From a virus: a stretch of DNA of 64,000 nucleotides. The stretch is taken from positions 96,001-160,000 of the IMG/VR virus record IMGVR_UViG_3300045988_160394; one strand, written 5' to 3'. The notes beneath the pieces are model-generated. The model was not told where the DNA came from and searched no databases. It was given only the letters and a program-made list of their open reading frames with translations. Shown here one piece after another: positions 1-11,131 of the stretch (its first letter is position 1; the number at the start of each line of letters is the position of its first letter). A program made the translations under genes and the position numbers.

Positions 1-36
1 ACGTTATTCTTTAATGAAGAAAACAGCCAATTATAT

Positions 37-693
37 ATGAAACTTATAACAGAATCTATGACTTTTCAAACCAAAATGGATCTAGATAAAACTATTGAAG
101 AACTAGTTAAATGTGTAGAAGAGAATAAGACTTTAAGCAATTGTATTTATATAAATGAAATTATAAATAAATTATATAATGATGCTTTTAAATTCTTTTT
201 TGAAGATAACATAGTTCTTTTGTCTAATCACATAGTTAAAGATATAGCATACGTATATAATTTAAATAATAAAAATATAGGTTGTGCATCTAGATTTATA
301 ATTACTCCTACCTGTTGTTATCTTTTAGAATACGAAGGTAGAGGAAAAGATGTAGAAGATATGAAATATATAGAAGTGATAATAGGAAAAAAGAGAATCC
401 AATTTTTAAAATCTAAGATAGAAGAATCTTTCTTTTCAATTATTGGATACTATGAAGTTACTGGTATATTGGGGCAAATATGTGACTTAGATGAAGTAAA
501 AAAAGAACGCATAAATATAGAAGAAGTAACTCCTTTAAAGGTAAAACCAAATTTAATATCTTTAATTGATATGAAAGATTATGTTGTTAGCTCTAACAAT
601 GTCGAAACCTTATTGAGTTATAAAAAGACTATGAAACCTTCAGTATCTATGATTAATATTAATAAGTATATATTAAAAGATTTTATGATTTAA
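37..693 (+). CDS. hypothetical protein (218 aa)
   Basis: Uninterrupted ORF ending TAA. The RBS AAGGAGGA of the next gene follows directly. No motif recognised. Confidence 0.5.
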   Translation: MKLITESMTFQTKMDLDKTIEELVKCVEENKTLSNCIYINEIINKLYNDAFKFFFEDNIVLLSNHIVKDIAYVYNLNNKNIGCASRFIITPTCCYLLEYEGRGKDVEDMKYIEVIIGKKRIQFLKSKIEESFFSIIGYYEVTGILGQICDLDEVKKERINIEEVTPLKVKPNLISLIDMKDYVVSSNNVETLLSYKKTMKPSVSMININKYILKDFMI

Positions 694-707
694 AGGAGGA
701 TATTGAT

Positions 708-2303
708 ATGTTATTTAAAGATGAACTAGTGTCTTTGTTAAAAGCTAGACAACCTGGTATTTGGATTAATACTACAGAAGAAAAAGAAGCAGTTATAGCT
801 ATTAGAAATGCAGTTGCAGAAGTAGCAGAATATGATGATATATATCTTTGGTCTATGAATGAAGGTATATATCAATTAGTAGAGGGTGAAGAAAAATTAA
901 CATATGATCAAGTTTCTGCTAATCCTGGATTTGCTGAATTAAGTAAATACTTAAAAGAAAGTAATGATAAAGATTTAAATTTATCAAGAGTATGGGTATT
1001 AAGAGATTATCATTTAACTTTTAATAATCCAGTTTCAATAAGAGTTATTAGAGATTTAAAGGAATCTCCTTTAAGTAAATATACTCCAATAATAATAATT
1101 TCACCTGATATAGATATACCATTTGAATTATCTCATTTGTTTACTGTATTAAATTATGATACTCCATCTATTGAAGATATTGAAGAATTAGTAAAAGCTT
1201 GGTGTAATGCAAAAGACCAAGAAGAATTATCTGAAGAAGATATAAAAACAGTTGGGAAAAGATTATATGGTTTTCATAGATGTGAAATTATTAAAATGTT
1301 AAACTTATCTTTAGTTAAGTATGGTAAAATAAGTTTAGACATAATTAATGAGAAGAAAATAGAAAGTATTTCTGAATCAGGAGTTTTAGATTATAAAGTT
1401 CCTAAAGCTAATTTAGATAATGTAGGAGGAAATGAAAAATTCAAAGAATGGGTTGAAGTAATAGAATCTTGCATGACTGAAGAAGCCAGAGAATACGGGA
1501 TACCAGCTCCAAAAGGATATTTATCTGTTGGTATACCAGGATCAAGTAAAACTTACAGTGCAGAAGCATTAGCTGGCAAATGGAATGTTCCGTTTATAAA
1601 ATTAAATATGTCTAAGATAAATAGTAGATATAGTGGTGAAACAGAAAGAAATATGGCTAAAGCCTTAAATCTTGTTAAATCTTGTGCACCATGCGTATTT
1701 TTAATAGATGAAATAGAAAAAGCTTTAGGTGGTTATGCTTCATCTAATAATTCAGATTCTGGAGCAATAGCTAGAGCATTTGGTTTAGTATTAGAATTCT
1801 TAAACGATAACGATAATGGTGTATTTGTAGTTATGACTTCTAATGATGTAAGTCAATTACCACCAGAGTTAACTAGAGCAGGTAGATTAGATGCTACTTG
1901 GTATTTCTCATTACCTACTTTATCTGAAAGAAAAGAAATATTTAAGATACATTTAAATAGAATAGGTAAAGAAGTAGACGAAGAAACTATTAATAAAATA
2001 GCAGAAGAAACAGTTGCTTATACTGGAGCAGAAATAGAATCAATAGTAAAAGCTGCTTTAAGAAGAGCATTTATGTTAAAAGTTAAAAAAGGTATAGACA
2101 ATGGAATAGATTATGATATATTATTAGAATCTAAAAACGAAGTTGTACCTGTAGCTTTATCTTCTAGAGAAAAAATAATAGCTTTAGAGAATTGGTCATA
2201 CGGTAGAGCTTTAAGAGCTAGTGATTCATCAGAAGATGAAGAAATAATTGAAAATGAAAAGAAAAGTTCAACACCTGTTTTTAAATTTAAAAAGAAAAAA
2301 TAG
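708..2303 (+). CDS. AAA+ ATPase (FtsH/CDC48-like ATPase module)
   Basis: Walker A GIPGSSKT, Walker B VFLIDEIEK, sensor-1 MTSN, Arg-finger region LTRAGRLD. RBS AAGGAGGA upstream. All 8 Trp codons are TGG. Confidence 0.85.
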   Translation: MLFKDELVSLLKARQPGIWINTTEEKEAVIAIRNAVAEVAEYDDIYLWSMNEGIYQLVEGEEKLTYDQVSANPGFAELSKYLKESNDKDLNLSRVWVLRDYHLTFNNPVSIRVIRDLKESPLSKYTPIIIISPDIDIPFELSHLFTVLNYDTPSIEDIEELVKAWCNAKDQEELSEEDIKTVGKRLYGFHRCEIIKMLNLSLVKYGKISLDIINEKKIESISESGVLDYKVPKANLDNVGGNEKFKEWVEVIESCMTEEAREYGIPAPKGYLSVGIPGSSKTYSAEALAGKWNVPFIKLNMSKINSRYSGETERNMAKALNLVKSCAPCVFLIDEIEKALGGYASSNNSDSGAIARAFGLVLEFLNDNDNGVFVVMTSNDVSQLPPELTRAGRLDATWYFSLPTLSERKEIFKIHLNRIGKEVDEETINKIAEETVAYTGAEIESIVKAALRRAFMLKVKKGIDNGIDYDILLESKNEVVPVALSSREKIIALENWSYGRALRASDSSEDEEIIENEKKSSTPVFKFKKKK

Positions 2304-2346
2304 ATGTTGCTTATATAAATATTAATTTTAATAGGAGATGATAATT

Positions 2347-2742
2347 ATGTCAGTATGGACAAGAGTACAAACTAAAGTATTAAATGAAAATGTAGATATG
2401 GGTATCTTAGAAGAAGCCTTAAATGATTTAGAATTATCACTAGATAAAACAGTAACTAGAGTAGAAAATAGCTATGGTCATTCTAGTGTAACAGCAGGAT
2501 TAAAATATAAAGGAAGAAATATAGATATGGGTATCGTTGTTAATAGTAAAAAAGGTATTACTTTAGCAGGAGATACTTATAGATCAGGTATAGTTGGAGA
2601 TAATCAAGCTGATAAATTAATCAATATGATATCTCAAGCATATCAAAAAGTTAAATTAACAAGAGATTTAGAATTAGAAGGTTGGACTATTACATCTAAG
2701 AATGTTGATGGTAAAATAGTTCTAGACTGTATCCATCTTTAA
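2347..2742 (+). CDS. small conserved phage protein, DUF1257-like (family recalled, not verified)
   Basis: ORF track gives 2338..2742, but the ATG at 2347 has better spacing from TAGGAG. It sits between the AAA+ ATPase and a DUF2997-like ORF. Confidence 0.45.
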   Translation: MSVWTRVQTKVLNENVDMGILEEALNDLELSLDKTVTRVENSYGHSSVTAGLKYKGRNIDMGIVVNSKKGITLAGDTYRSGIVGDNQADKLINMISQAYQKVKLTRDLELEGWTITSKNVDGKIVLDCIHL

Positions 2743-2766
2743 TCTATAAATAGGGAGGTCTAGAAT

Positions 2767-3246
2767 ATGGCTAACATGTGTTATTTTAACTTAAAAGTTA
2801 TAGGAGATCTTAAAAATCTTCAAAAGTTTGAAGAAATATTAACAGCAGATTATGATTATGACAATCCAATAGCTTGTGAATCTGAGCATCTTTTTAGAAT
2901 ATATGACCCTAAAAAGATTAAATTGGGTAATGATTATGATATATATGCTGGGGAATGTGCTTGGTCTGCTTTTTCTTGTATGTTAGACAAATCTTCTAGA
3001 TCTAACTATGCTTGTTTAAAGAGGAATTATCCTGAAAAGTTTAAAGGAACTACAATAGACGAAGTGTCAAAAAAATTAAATCTAAAAATAGAAGTTTTTT
3101 CAGAAGAAACAGATTTCACTGAGCACATTATTGTTGATAATGGTGATATAGTTTTAAACGAAGAAAAAGATTTTGAAGAAAGATATATCGAAGAAACTGA
3201 TTCTTATATAAAAATTGGTGGACACGAATGGGAATTTACGATATAA
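2767..3246 (+). CDS. hypothetical protein (159 aa)
   Basis: Intact ORF with RBS GGGAGG upstream, ends TAA. Confidence 0.5.
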   Translation: MANMCYFNLKVIGDLKNLQKFEEILTADYDYDNPIACESEHLFRIYDPKKIKLGNDYDIYAGECAWSAFSCMLDKSSRSNYACLKRNYPEKFKGTTIDEVSKKLNLKIEVFSEETDFTEHIIVDNGDIVLNEEKDFEERYIEETDSYIKIGGHEWEFTI

Positions 3247-3262
3247 AAAGGAGGAATTAATC

Positions 3263-3463
3263 ATGAAGAGAGTAGAAATAACTATAAATTCAGATGGTAG
3301 TACAGAATTAGATTTTAAAGAAGGATTCTCAGGAATGAGTTGTGTAGAAAAATCTAAGCAAATAGAATTAATGATAGGTGGTGGTTCTGTTGAAAGACAA
3401 GAAAAGCCAGAATACTATGAATCTGAAAGTAGCATAGATTTAGGTGTAGATATATTTAGATAA
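3263..3463 (+). CDS. small protein, DUF2997-like (family recalled, not verified)
   Basis: ATG at 3263 is preceded by AAGGAGGA. The ORF-track start at 3215 lies inside the previous gene. Sequence: MKRVEITINSDGSTELDFKEGFSGMSCVEKS... Confidence 0.45.
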   Translation: MKRVEITINSDGSTELDFKEGFSGMSCVEKSKQIELMIGGGSVERQEKPEYYESESSIDLGVDIFR

Positions 3464-3516
3464 GAGGCACATTCTGATGTGCCCTTTTAGTTCAAAATTA
3501 GAAGGAGGATATTAAC

Positions 3517-5418
3517 ATGACAAAAACAGAAGTATTGGCAACAGCTAATGATGAGCAACAAGAGGCTATTAAACATCAAGAAGGTGCGTGTATTATAATT
3601 GCTGGTCCAGGTAGTGGAAAGACAAAGACAGTAATATCAAGAACTCAATATATGATATTAAATGGAGTAGATCCATCTCAAATATGTCTTTTTACTTTTA
3701 CAAATAAAGCAGCCAATGAAATGAAAGAAAGAATTAGATCTGCTGTAGGAGATCTAGCTGATAATATAACTTGTGGAACTTATCATTCAGTTGCACATAG
3801 ACTATTAAGAAAATACGCAACTCATATTGGATTTAATAAAAATTTTACTATATTAAGTCCTGATGATTGTAAAAAAATCTTAAAGAAAATTGGTAAACAA
3901 AGAGGTGTAGAAGAAGATATCTTATCTCTTTATATATCAGCTAAAAAGGATAAAGTTATTTCACCTGAAAGAGCTTTAACTGATGCAAAGAATGAAGCCG
4001 AAAAGGTTATGGCTAATGCTTATATAGATTATCAAAACGATCTAAAACGTCAAATGGCTATGGACTTTGATGACTTAATAATAAATACAATAAAATTATT
4101 ACAAAACTGCCCTGAAGTAAAGAAAACTATTAATAATAAATGGAGATATATTACTGCTGATGAAGCACATGACTCTTCTCCTAGAGATTTAATGTTAATA
4201 AGATTGCTTGGCGGTGATTCTGAAAATGTTTGTTTTATTCTAGATGATCATCAAAGTATATATGGTTTTAGAGGAGCAGATATAGAAGCAGTTATGAATG
4301 TAAGAAATGTCTATAAAGATATAAGTATCTTTAATTTATCAAGAAATTATAGATGTTCTCAAACAATAGTTGAAGCTAGTAAATCTTTAATAGCTAAAAA
4401 TACTGCTTTGATAGAAAAGAGAATTGTAGCTGCTAGAGATTATAAAGGTAGTCCTATTATAGTTTCTAGAGTTAAAAATCCTCAACAAGAAGCTGCTAGA
4501 GTAATACAATATGTACAAGCATTAAGAAAAAAGGGTTTAAAATATAAAGATATTGCTGTATTATATAGAATGTCATCTGCTTCTAGAGTATTAGAACAAG
4601 CTTTCAATACAGCTAAGATACAATGTAAAATCGTAGGAGGAACTCCTTTCTTTAATAGAGCAGAAATACAAGATATATTATCTTATTTAAGATTGCTTGT
4701 TAATGAATATGATTTTACAGCTTTTAAAAGAGCAATCACTGTTCCCAAAAGAGGGATCGGTGAAAAAACTATAGAAAAGATAGATGAATTTGCAAGAAAT
4801 TATCCAGGTGGAGCTATTTCAATCAGAAAAGCTATAGAGGAAATAGATCTTTCAGGTAAAGCTCAAAAAACAATTAAAGATTTTGTTGATTACCTAAATG
4901 AATTAGAGATAGCTATGGTTAATATGTCTCCAAAAGATTTAATCTTAAAGATATGTAAAGATATAGATATTACAAATTATCTTCAAACAAATCCTGATTA
5001 TAAAAAGAATTGGGAAGATAGAATAGGTAATGTAAAAGAGCTATTAAATGTAGCAGCAGAATATGCAGATATTCAAGAGCTTATAAGTCAAGCATCTTTG
5101 TATGCTGATACAGATGGCGAAGAAGAAGAAAAACAAGATGCAGTTAATTTATTAACTATGCATAGTTCTAAAGGGTTAGAATATAAAGCAGTTATTATAG
5201 TTAACTGTAATGAAGGAACTTCTCCTCATTATAAATCTTTAGGTATAAAGAAACAATTAGAAGAAGAAAGAAGACTTTTCTATGTTGCTATGACTAGAGC
5301 AAAAGATTACTTATTTATGACTTTCCCTGATTGTGTTTTAGTTCAAGGACAATTACAATATGCAAAGCCATCTAGATTTTTAAATGAAATAGATAAAAAA
5401 TATATCTATAGAAACTAA
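3517..5418 (+). CDS. UvrD/Rep/PcrA-family SF1 DNA helicase
   Basis: Walker A AGPGSGKT, plus TFTNKAANEM, YRCSQTIVEAS, TMHSSKGLEY and FYVAMTRAK. RBS GAAGGAGGA. Confidence 0.9.
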   Translation: MTKTEVLATANDEQQEAIKHQEGACIIIAGPGSGKTKTVISRTQYMILNGVDPSQICLFTFTNKAANEMKERIRSAVGDLADNITCGTYHSVAHRLLRKYATHIGFNKNFTILSPDDCKKILKKIGKQRGVEEDILSLYISAKKDKVISPERALTDAKNEAEKVMANAYIDYQNDLKRQMAMDFDDLIINTIKLLQNCPEVKKTINNKWRYITADEAHDSSPRDLMLIRLLGGDSENVCFILDDHQSIYGFRGADIEAVMNVRNVYKDISIFNLSRNYRCSQTIVEASKSLIAKNTALIEKRIVAARDYKGSPIIVSRVKNPQQEAARVIQYVQALRKKGLKYKDIAVLYRMSSASRVLEQAFNTAKIQCKIVGGTPFFNRAEIQDILSYLRLLVNEYDFTAFKRAITVPKRGIGEKTIEKIDEFARNYPGGAISIRKAIEEIDLSGKAQKTIKDFVDYLNELEIAMVNMSPKDLILKICKDIDITNYLQTNPDYKKNWEDRIGNVKELLNVAAEYADIQELISQASLYADTDGEEEEKQDAVNLLTMHSSKGLEYKAVIIVNCNEGTSPHYKSLGIKKQLEEERRLFYVAMTRAKDYLFMTFPDCVLVQGQLQYAKPSRFLNEIDKKYIYRN

Positions 5419-5439
5419 TAAATTGGAGGAGGCAAATAT

Positions 5440-5715
5440 ATGACTTTTGAAAAATATTGTAATGGAGTAATTGAAGATTTTATTGAAGATGTTGAGTTAA
5501 AACTATGTCTAGAACTAACTCAAGATCAGAAAGATGATATTTATACAGCTATGGAAGAACATAAAGAATGTTTTGAAGAAGAATATGAATCTTTCTGTAA
5601 AGAAGACGCTGAAATGATTATTTCTGTTATATATTCTGAATCAGTTGCTATAGAATGTATGAATTGTAATGAAACAATTATAGATACTGATGTTTTGTTT
5701 TTAGGTAATGAATAA
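5440..5715 (+). CDS. small acidic hypothetical protein (91 aa)
   Basis: Intact ORF with RBS GGAGGAGG. Its TAA overlaps the next ATG (TAATG). Confidence 0.5.
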   Translation: MTFEKYCNGVIEDFIEDVELKLCLELTQDQKDDIYTAMEEHKECFEEEYESFCKEDAEMIISVIYSESVAIECMNCNETIIDTDVLFLGNE

Positions 5716-7382
5716 TGATAGAAGTAAAAGATTATGGACATTATTATAATGTATCATTCAATGGAGATAAGGATAATTATCATAAATTTTTTAACTTTAT
5801 GGTATCTAAAGATGATATTGTAAAATTAAAAAAGAAAACTGGATGAAAGATGCCTAAATGTTATTTACCTGAATTAGAAGAAACATTTAATAATGTTGTT
5901 GAATTAATAGCTAATCCTTGGGATTATATAGGGGAAGGTTTAAAACTTTCTCCATATTGTTATCAAAAAGAAACAATTAAATTTGGAGTAGATAATAAAA
6001 AAGGTCTATTAATTTTGCCTTGTGGTTCTGGTAAAACACCTATTCTTGTAGGTATATATCATGAACTTAGAAAGAATAATTTAACTACTAAACCAGGAGC
6101 AATTATTGTTAAAGCATCTTTAAAGTATCAATGAGTGAAAGAAGTAGAAAAATTTTCAGATTATATAGCAAAAGCCATAGAAACTCCTTCTAAAGTTAAA
6201 AAGAAATTTGATGAGCAATTTGAAAACGCTGATTTATTTATATTAAATTATGAAACATTAAAGAATAAACAAGTAGCTGCTAAGTTAAGAGAGAAGAATG
6301 TAGAAGTAATGCTATTAGACGAAATACATTACATAAACAATCATACCTCTGCTAGAAGTAAAGCTGCTTATGAATTTAATGATTTGAAGTATTTAATAGG
6401 GGCTACTGCTACGCCAATTACTAATAACCCAGAAAATTTATTTGGAATATTTAATCTTATAGAAAAAGATCTATTCCAGTCCCACAGTAAATTTGCTAGG
6501 TCATATATAAAATATGCTGGTTATGGAAGAGTAGCTGGTTGCAAAAATGAAGATCATTTAAAGAAGAAGATAGCTCCATATATATTTATTAAAAGCGAAG
6601 CAGATGTTGCTGATCAATTGCCATCTCTTGTTGTTAATCAAAAATATTGTTATATTACTAGTCCTATTATGCAAGAAACTAATGCTAAATTGTTTGAGGA
6701 ATTAGATGTAGTCAATAATCAAATTAAACAATTAGAGAAAAGATATCCTAATCCAAAAGATTTAGAATCTAATGAAGAGTTTTTAACAGCTAAAGGTAAG
6801 GTAATGGCATATCAAACTTTTCTACAAGAATTAGTAGACGATCCTAGATTATTAAATGAATCAGAAAGTAATTTAGCTAAACAATATCATTGTCAAGAAG
6901 AATCTCCTAAGTTAAAAATGCTATTTGAACTAGTAGAAGAAATAACTGAAGCTGGTAGTAAAGTATGCATATTTACTAAGTATGTTCGTATGCAAAACAT
7001 ATTACAAAGGGAATTGGAAAGATATTTCGATTTTAAATGTGTTATAATTAATGGCAGTATGACTCCAGAAGAAAGATACGAAGCTGCTTATACTAAATTT
7101 GGAGACAATGATGATTATAAAGTATTGATAGGTACTGATGCTATGGCAGAAGGAATATCTTTATCTAAGTGTAATTATCTTATAGAATATGATTTAGCAG
7201 ATTCATATGCCATTCAGACACAAAGACATGGTAGAATAAAAAGAGCTAATTCAGTTCATAAAACTGGATACGTATATCAATTGATATGCGTAGATAGTTG
7301 GGATGAAGTACAGCAAAAGATAATAGCTAAAAAAGAGAATTATGATAATAATTTAATACAGAATATAGGAGAGTGAAAATAA
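5715..7382 (+). CDS. SNF2-family (SF2) helicase, decoded with TGA=Trp
   Basis: 5715-5849, 5850..6134 and 6135..7376 are one frame joined by TGA at 5844 and 6132. A third TGA at 7374 is followed by AAA TAA. Motifs: LPCGSGKT, SLKYQ[TGA]VKEVEKF (conserved QW..E of motif Ia), LLDEIH, TATPITNNP, QTQRHGRIKR. Confidence 0.8.
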
Positions 7383-7425
7383 TGTCACAAATAAAAGAGT
7401 GTTTGATTATTTCTTATAAAGTAAG

Positions 7426-7968
7426 GTGTATAATATGTCTATAAAACCATTAGATAATAAGGAAGGCTTCATATTTAATGTAAATGAAGGATCTTTTAAT
7501 AAAAGTATAGAATCTTTAGTAAATTTTATAGAAGATTCTAAAGATAATGTTCTTCAAGATGATTATTATGGTTTCTTTCCTAGAGAAATTTTTGATGGTC
7601 ATGGAGACTCTTTTGATGGTTTAACTTATGAAGAAAGATCCCAAAGAAAATATGAAAAACATAGACAGCTTTTTTATTTAATGTCTTCAAGAGATGATTT
7701 AATGGAATGTATTCCTAAAGAATTAAGAGATAGGATAATTCAAAACAAAAAATGGCTTGATGAAAATTACAATTTTAATAATATGTTAGATATAATTAGA
7801 TATGAATGTTTAGAAGCTATGGAAAAAGGTTATCCTTTTAAGCTTGAAGAGAATACTGAAGGTATTATAAAGTTAATAGTTGAAGATATAATATCTAAAA
7901 ATCAACAATATGTAAAAGAAAATTATAGTGATAAAGGTATAGATGTAAATTCTATAGATTTTGATTAA
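7426..7968 (+). CDS. hypothetical protein (about 177-180 aa)
   Basis: Intact ORF. ATG at 7435 is an alternative start. Ends TAA. Confidence 0.5.
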   Translation: MYNMSIKPLDNKEGFIFNVNEGSFNKSIESLVNFIEDSKDNVLQDDYYGFFPREIFDGHGDSFDGLTYEERSQRKYEKHRQLFYLMSSRDDLMECIPKELRDRIIQNKKWLDENYNFNNMLDIIRYECLEAMEKGYPFKLEENTEGIIKLIVEDIISKNQQYVKENYSDKGIDVNSIDFD

Positions 7969-7970
7969 AT

Positions 7971-7993
7971 AGCTCCTTATTATAGGAGCTTTT
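7971..7993 (+). terminator. putative intrinsic terminator
   Basis: agctcct-tattat-aggagct followed by ttt. Confidence 0.5.
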
Positions 7994-8026
7994 ATATATA
8001 AATAATAAAATTAGGGGGAATAAACC

Positions 8027-8992
8027 ATGAGTAAAGTTACAGAAAAGAATACAAAAAAAGAAATATTAGAAGCGTTAAGAGCTACAGAAGCAGAATTAAA
8101 AGCTGCTAGAGAAGCTACTACAACTACTGCTGATACAGTAGAAAAGAAGAGAAAAGAAACTGTAAAAGAGGTTGCTAAAAAAGTAGCTGAAGAAGAAATC
8201 TTAAATCCTGTAGTTATTGAAAAATACAAATCTTTAAAGGAAGCTAATGAAATGCTTGAAAAAGAGTTAGAAGAAACTCATGAAATTAAGAAAACTGTTG
8301 ATACTTTAGAAGCTCTTTACGTTGTTCATGCTAAGAAAGAAGCTGAATTAAAAGAAGAATATGCTCAATTAAAAGCTAATTTAGAAAAAGAACATCAAGC
8401 TAAGAAAGTAGCTATGATAGAAGAATATAAAGAAGAAGAAATACTACGTAAAAAAGCTATAGCAGATTTAAAAGAAGAATTCGTTGAAGAAAAGAAATCA
8501 TTAGAACTTGCAAGAAAAAGAGAAGAAGAAATATATGAGTATAACTTAAAAAGAAAAAGAGCAAAAGAAAATGATAACTGGGAAGATGTAAAAGCAACAA
8601 GAGAAAAAGAATTAGCTGATAGAGAAGCTGCTGTTGCAAAAAGAGAAATCTCTATGAACGATTTAGAAGATAGAGTAATGAAAGCTGAAAGCGAAATTAG
8701 CAGAGTAGAAAAAGAAAAAGAAGAAGCTATCGCTCAAGCTTTTAAAGAAGGAGAAAATAAAGCAGAAAAAGTTTGTGCTATAAAAGAAGCAGCTGTTAAG
8801 AAAGATGCTGAATGGCAAAAGAAAATTGCTGACGAAAAGATTTCAAACCTTCAAATAGCAGTAGATCATAAAGATGAAGAAATAGATTCATTAAAAGCTA
8901 AATTAGATGAAGCTTATACAAGAATTCAAAATATGGCTATAGCTCAATCTAACGCTAATGGTAGAACAATCCCTCAAGAAACTACTAAATAA
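8027..8992 (+). CDS. Glu/Lys-rich coiled-coil protein (321 aa)
   Basis: Intact ORF with RBS TAGGGGGA. Its low-complexity E/K/A composition explains the spurious antisense ORFs. Confidence 0.55.
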   Translation: MSKVTEKNTKKEILEALRATEAELKAAREATTTTADTVEKKRKETVKEVAKKVAEEEILNPVVIEKYKSLKEANEMLEKELEETHEIKKTVDTLEALYVVHAKKEAELKEEYAQLKANLEKEHQAKKVAMIEEYKEEEILRKKAIADLKEEFVEEKKSLELARKREEEIYEYNLKRKRAKENDNWEDVKATREKELADREAAVAKREISMNDLEDRVMKAESEISRVEKEKEEAIAQAFKEGENKAEKVCAIKEAAVKKDAEWQKKIADEKISNLQIAVDHKDEEIDSLKAKLDEAYTRIQNMAIAQSNANGRTIPQETTK

Positions 8993-9008
8993 TTTTAAAA
9001 TATAAACA

Positions 9009-9038
9009 AGCCCTCTAGATAAGAGGGTTTGTTTTGTT
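9009..9038 (+). terminator. intrinsic terminator
   Basis: agccctct-agata-agagggtt followed by tgttttgtt. Confidence 0.7.
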
Positions 9039-9085
9039 ATATAATACTTTATACAACTTAGGAATGGAGGGGGATCATTTCAAGC

Positions 9086-9334
9086 ATGAAAAAAGTATTA
9101 GTAGAAGAAGAATTCTTATCTAATCAAGGATGTTCTGAAGAATATGAATGAGCCTCTTATGAATTATATGTAGATGGCGAAGAAGTATTAAATTTTAAAC
9201 ATAATACTGAAGTTCCAGAAGAAAATACATTATTTCATAATTTTAAAGACTGTCTTAATATTCTTCCTTTATTAGAAACATTCTATAATTTAGGAAAAAA
9301 CAATATAGATATAGAATTTAAATTGAAAGAATAA
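9086..9334 (+). CDS. small hypothetical protein (82 aa) with one in-frame TGA
   Basis: Runs from ATG 9086 to TAA 9332 and is open only if TGA at 9149 is sense. Missed by the ORF track because it is split into pieces under 60 aa. RBS GGAGGGGG lies rather far upstream (12 nt). Confidence 0.4.
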
Positions 9335-9352
9335 AAAAGGAAGGTGATTGAT

Positions 9353-9949
9353 ATGTCAATCAATAGAGATGAATTTACTAATTTTATTGATGAATTTTTA
9401 ATGCAAGAAGAAGCTAAAGAATTACAAATCAAAATAACAGGAGAAGAAGAAAAAGATGCTCCTATGATAGATTCTATGCAGAAAGCAAACTATTTCTTAA
9501 AGCTTGTTAAGAACATAGAAGCTGATATGAAAGTAATCAATGAATTATGTGATGAAGAAATCAAAAAAACAACTGATAGAGTTAATGCTTATAGAGAAGC
9601 ACAATTGCTACCTTTAGCAAGAACTATTAATTATTACAGTAAATTATTACAAAACTATGCAGAAAACCAATTAATAGATAGTAAAAAAAGAAGTGTTAAA
9701 CTACCAAACGGTACTTTATCTATTTCTAAACAAGCACCAACATATGATTATGAAGATGAAACTATTATGGATTGGTTATTACAAAATAAAATAGAAAAAT
9801 ATATAACTACAAAAATAGAAAATAAATTAGATAAAAGAGAATTTAAAAAAGCTATAGAACTTGATGATGAAGGAAATGCTATTATTGAAGGTAAAGTTAT
9901 CCCAGGACTAACTATTACTCCAAAAGAAGATAAATTCACAATCAGATAA
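9353..9949 (+). CDS. Mu Gam-like host-nuclease inhibitor (tentative)
   Basis: ATG 9353 follows AAGGAAGGTG. The size, N-terminal coiled coil and the KKRSVKLPNGTLSISK segment resemble the Gam family. Assigned by eye only. Confidence 0.45.
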   Translation: MSINRDEFTNFIDEFLMQEEAKELQIKITGEEEKDAPMIDSMQKANYFLKLVKNIEADMKVINELCDEEIKKTTDRVNAYREAQLLPLARTINYYSKLLQNYAENQLIDSKKRSVKLPNGTLSISKQAPTYDYEDETIMDWLLQNKIEKYITTKIENKLDKREFKKAIELDDEGNAIIEGKVIPGLTITPKEDKFTIR

Positions 9950-9966
9950 AAAAAGGAGCTGAGTTC

Positions 9967-11115
9967 ATGGCTAGAATTCCTGAAGGGTTTATAGAAGAAT
10001 TAAAAAATAAAACAGATTTAGTAAGGTATGTCAAGCAATACACTCAGCTTAAAAAAGTAGGTAGAGGTGTATGGCAAGGACAATGCCCTCACCCAAAACA
10101 TTCTGATAGCACTCCATCTTTTACTGTATGGGAAAAACAAAAAAGTTGGGCTTGTTTTGGATGCCATAAAGGCAAGAAAGGCCAAGATGGTAATGTTGGT
10201 TCAGATATTATAGCTTTTATTCAATGGATACAAAATGTTGATTTTAGAAAAGCTATTGAAATATTAGCTGAATGGAATAACGTAAGTATTCCTACAGATG
10301 AACATCAAAAGCTATATGATCAAAATTATAAGTTAGCAAGAAAATATCAACAAGACCTTTACAACAAATATGAATATGTTTTAGACTATTTATATGATAG
10401 AGGTCTAGATGATATTGATATTGAACATTGGATGATAGGTTATGATAATTTTACAAACAGGATTGTTTTTCCTTTGTTTGATAGATATAATAATATTATT
10501 GGTTTTAATAAAAGAGTTATCGATCCTGATTATAAAGGAGGAGATAAATACGTTAACTCTTCTAATTCTAAAATTTTTAATAAATCATATTTCTTATATG
10601 GCATGCAAGAAATTGATAATGATTTTGATGAGATTAGAATTACTGAAGGATCATTTGACGTTATATTAGGAAGAAAATATGGGATTAAAAATCTTGTTGC
10701 TTCTCTTGGAACATCTTTTACCGAACATCATGCTGAAATTATTGCTAAGACAGGAAAAACACCTGTTTTGATATTTGATGGCGATGAAGCAGGTAACAAG
10801 GCTTTAAAAAAGGCTTTATTTTATTTTGAACAATTAGGAGTTTATTGTAAAATAGTAAATTTACCTAAAGGAAAGGATTTAGCTAATATGACAGATGATA
10901 TAGGTTATAATGTTAATGCGTATATAAAAGAAAAATCTATGACGGCTGGATATTTTATAGTTAAAGATATTATACAACAATATCAATCATCTCTGTATGA
11001 ATTAAAATTAAAAACTATCCCTCAATTAGAAAAAGCTTTAGAAAATATACCTTTATCAGAAAAGAAACCAATAAAAAATTTCATTAAAGATGAAATTAAT
11101 CTTACAATAGAATAG
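9967..11115 (+). CDS. dnaG: DnaG-type DNA primase
   Basis: CHC2 zinc finger CPHPKHSDSTPSFTVW...ACFGCH. TOPRIM motifs ITEGSFDV and IFDGDEAG. Confidence 0.85.
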   Translation: MARIPEGFIEELKNKTDLVRYVKQYTQLKKVGRGVWQGQCPHPKHSDSTPSFTVWEKQKSWACFGCHKGKKGQDGNVGSDIIAFIQWIQNVDFRKAIEILAEWNNVSIPTDEHQKLYDQNYKLARKYQQDLYNKYEYVLDYLYDRGLDDIDIEHWMIGYDNFTNRIVFPLFDRYNNIIGFNKRVIDPDYKGGDKYVNSSNSKIFNKSYFLYGMQEIDNDFDEIRITEGSFDVILGRKYGIKNLVASLGTSFTEHHAEIIAKTGKTPVLIFDGDEAGNKALKKALFYFEQLGVYCKIVNLPKGKDLANMTDDIGYNVNAYIKEKSMTAGYFIVKDIIQQYQSSLYELKLKTIPQLEKALENIPLSEKKPIKNFIKDEINLTIE

Positions 11116-11131
11116 AGGAGAGAGTAATATA

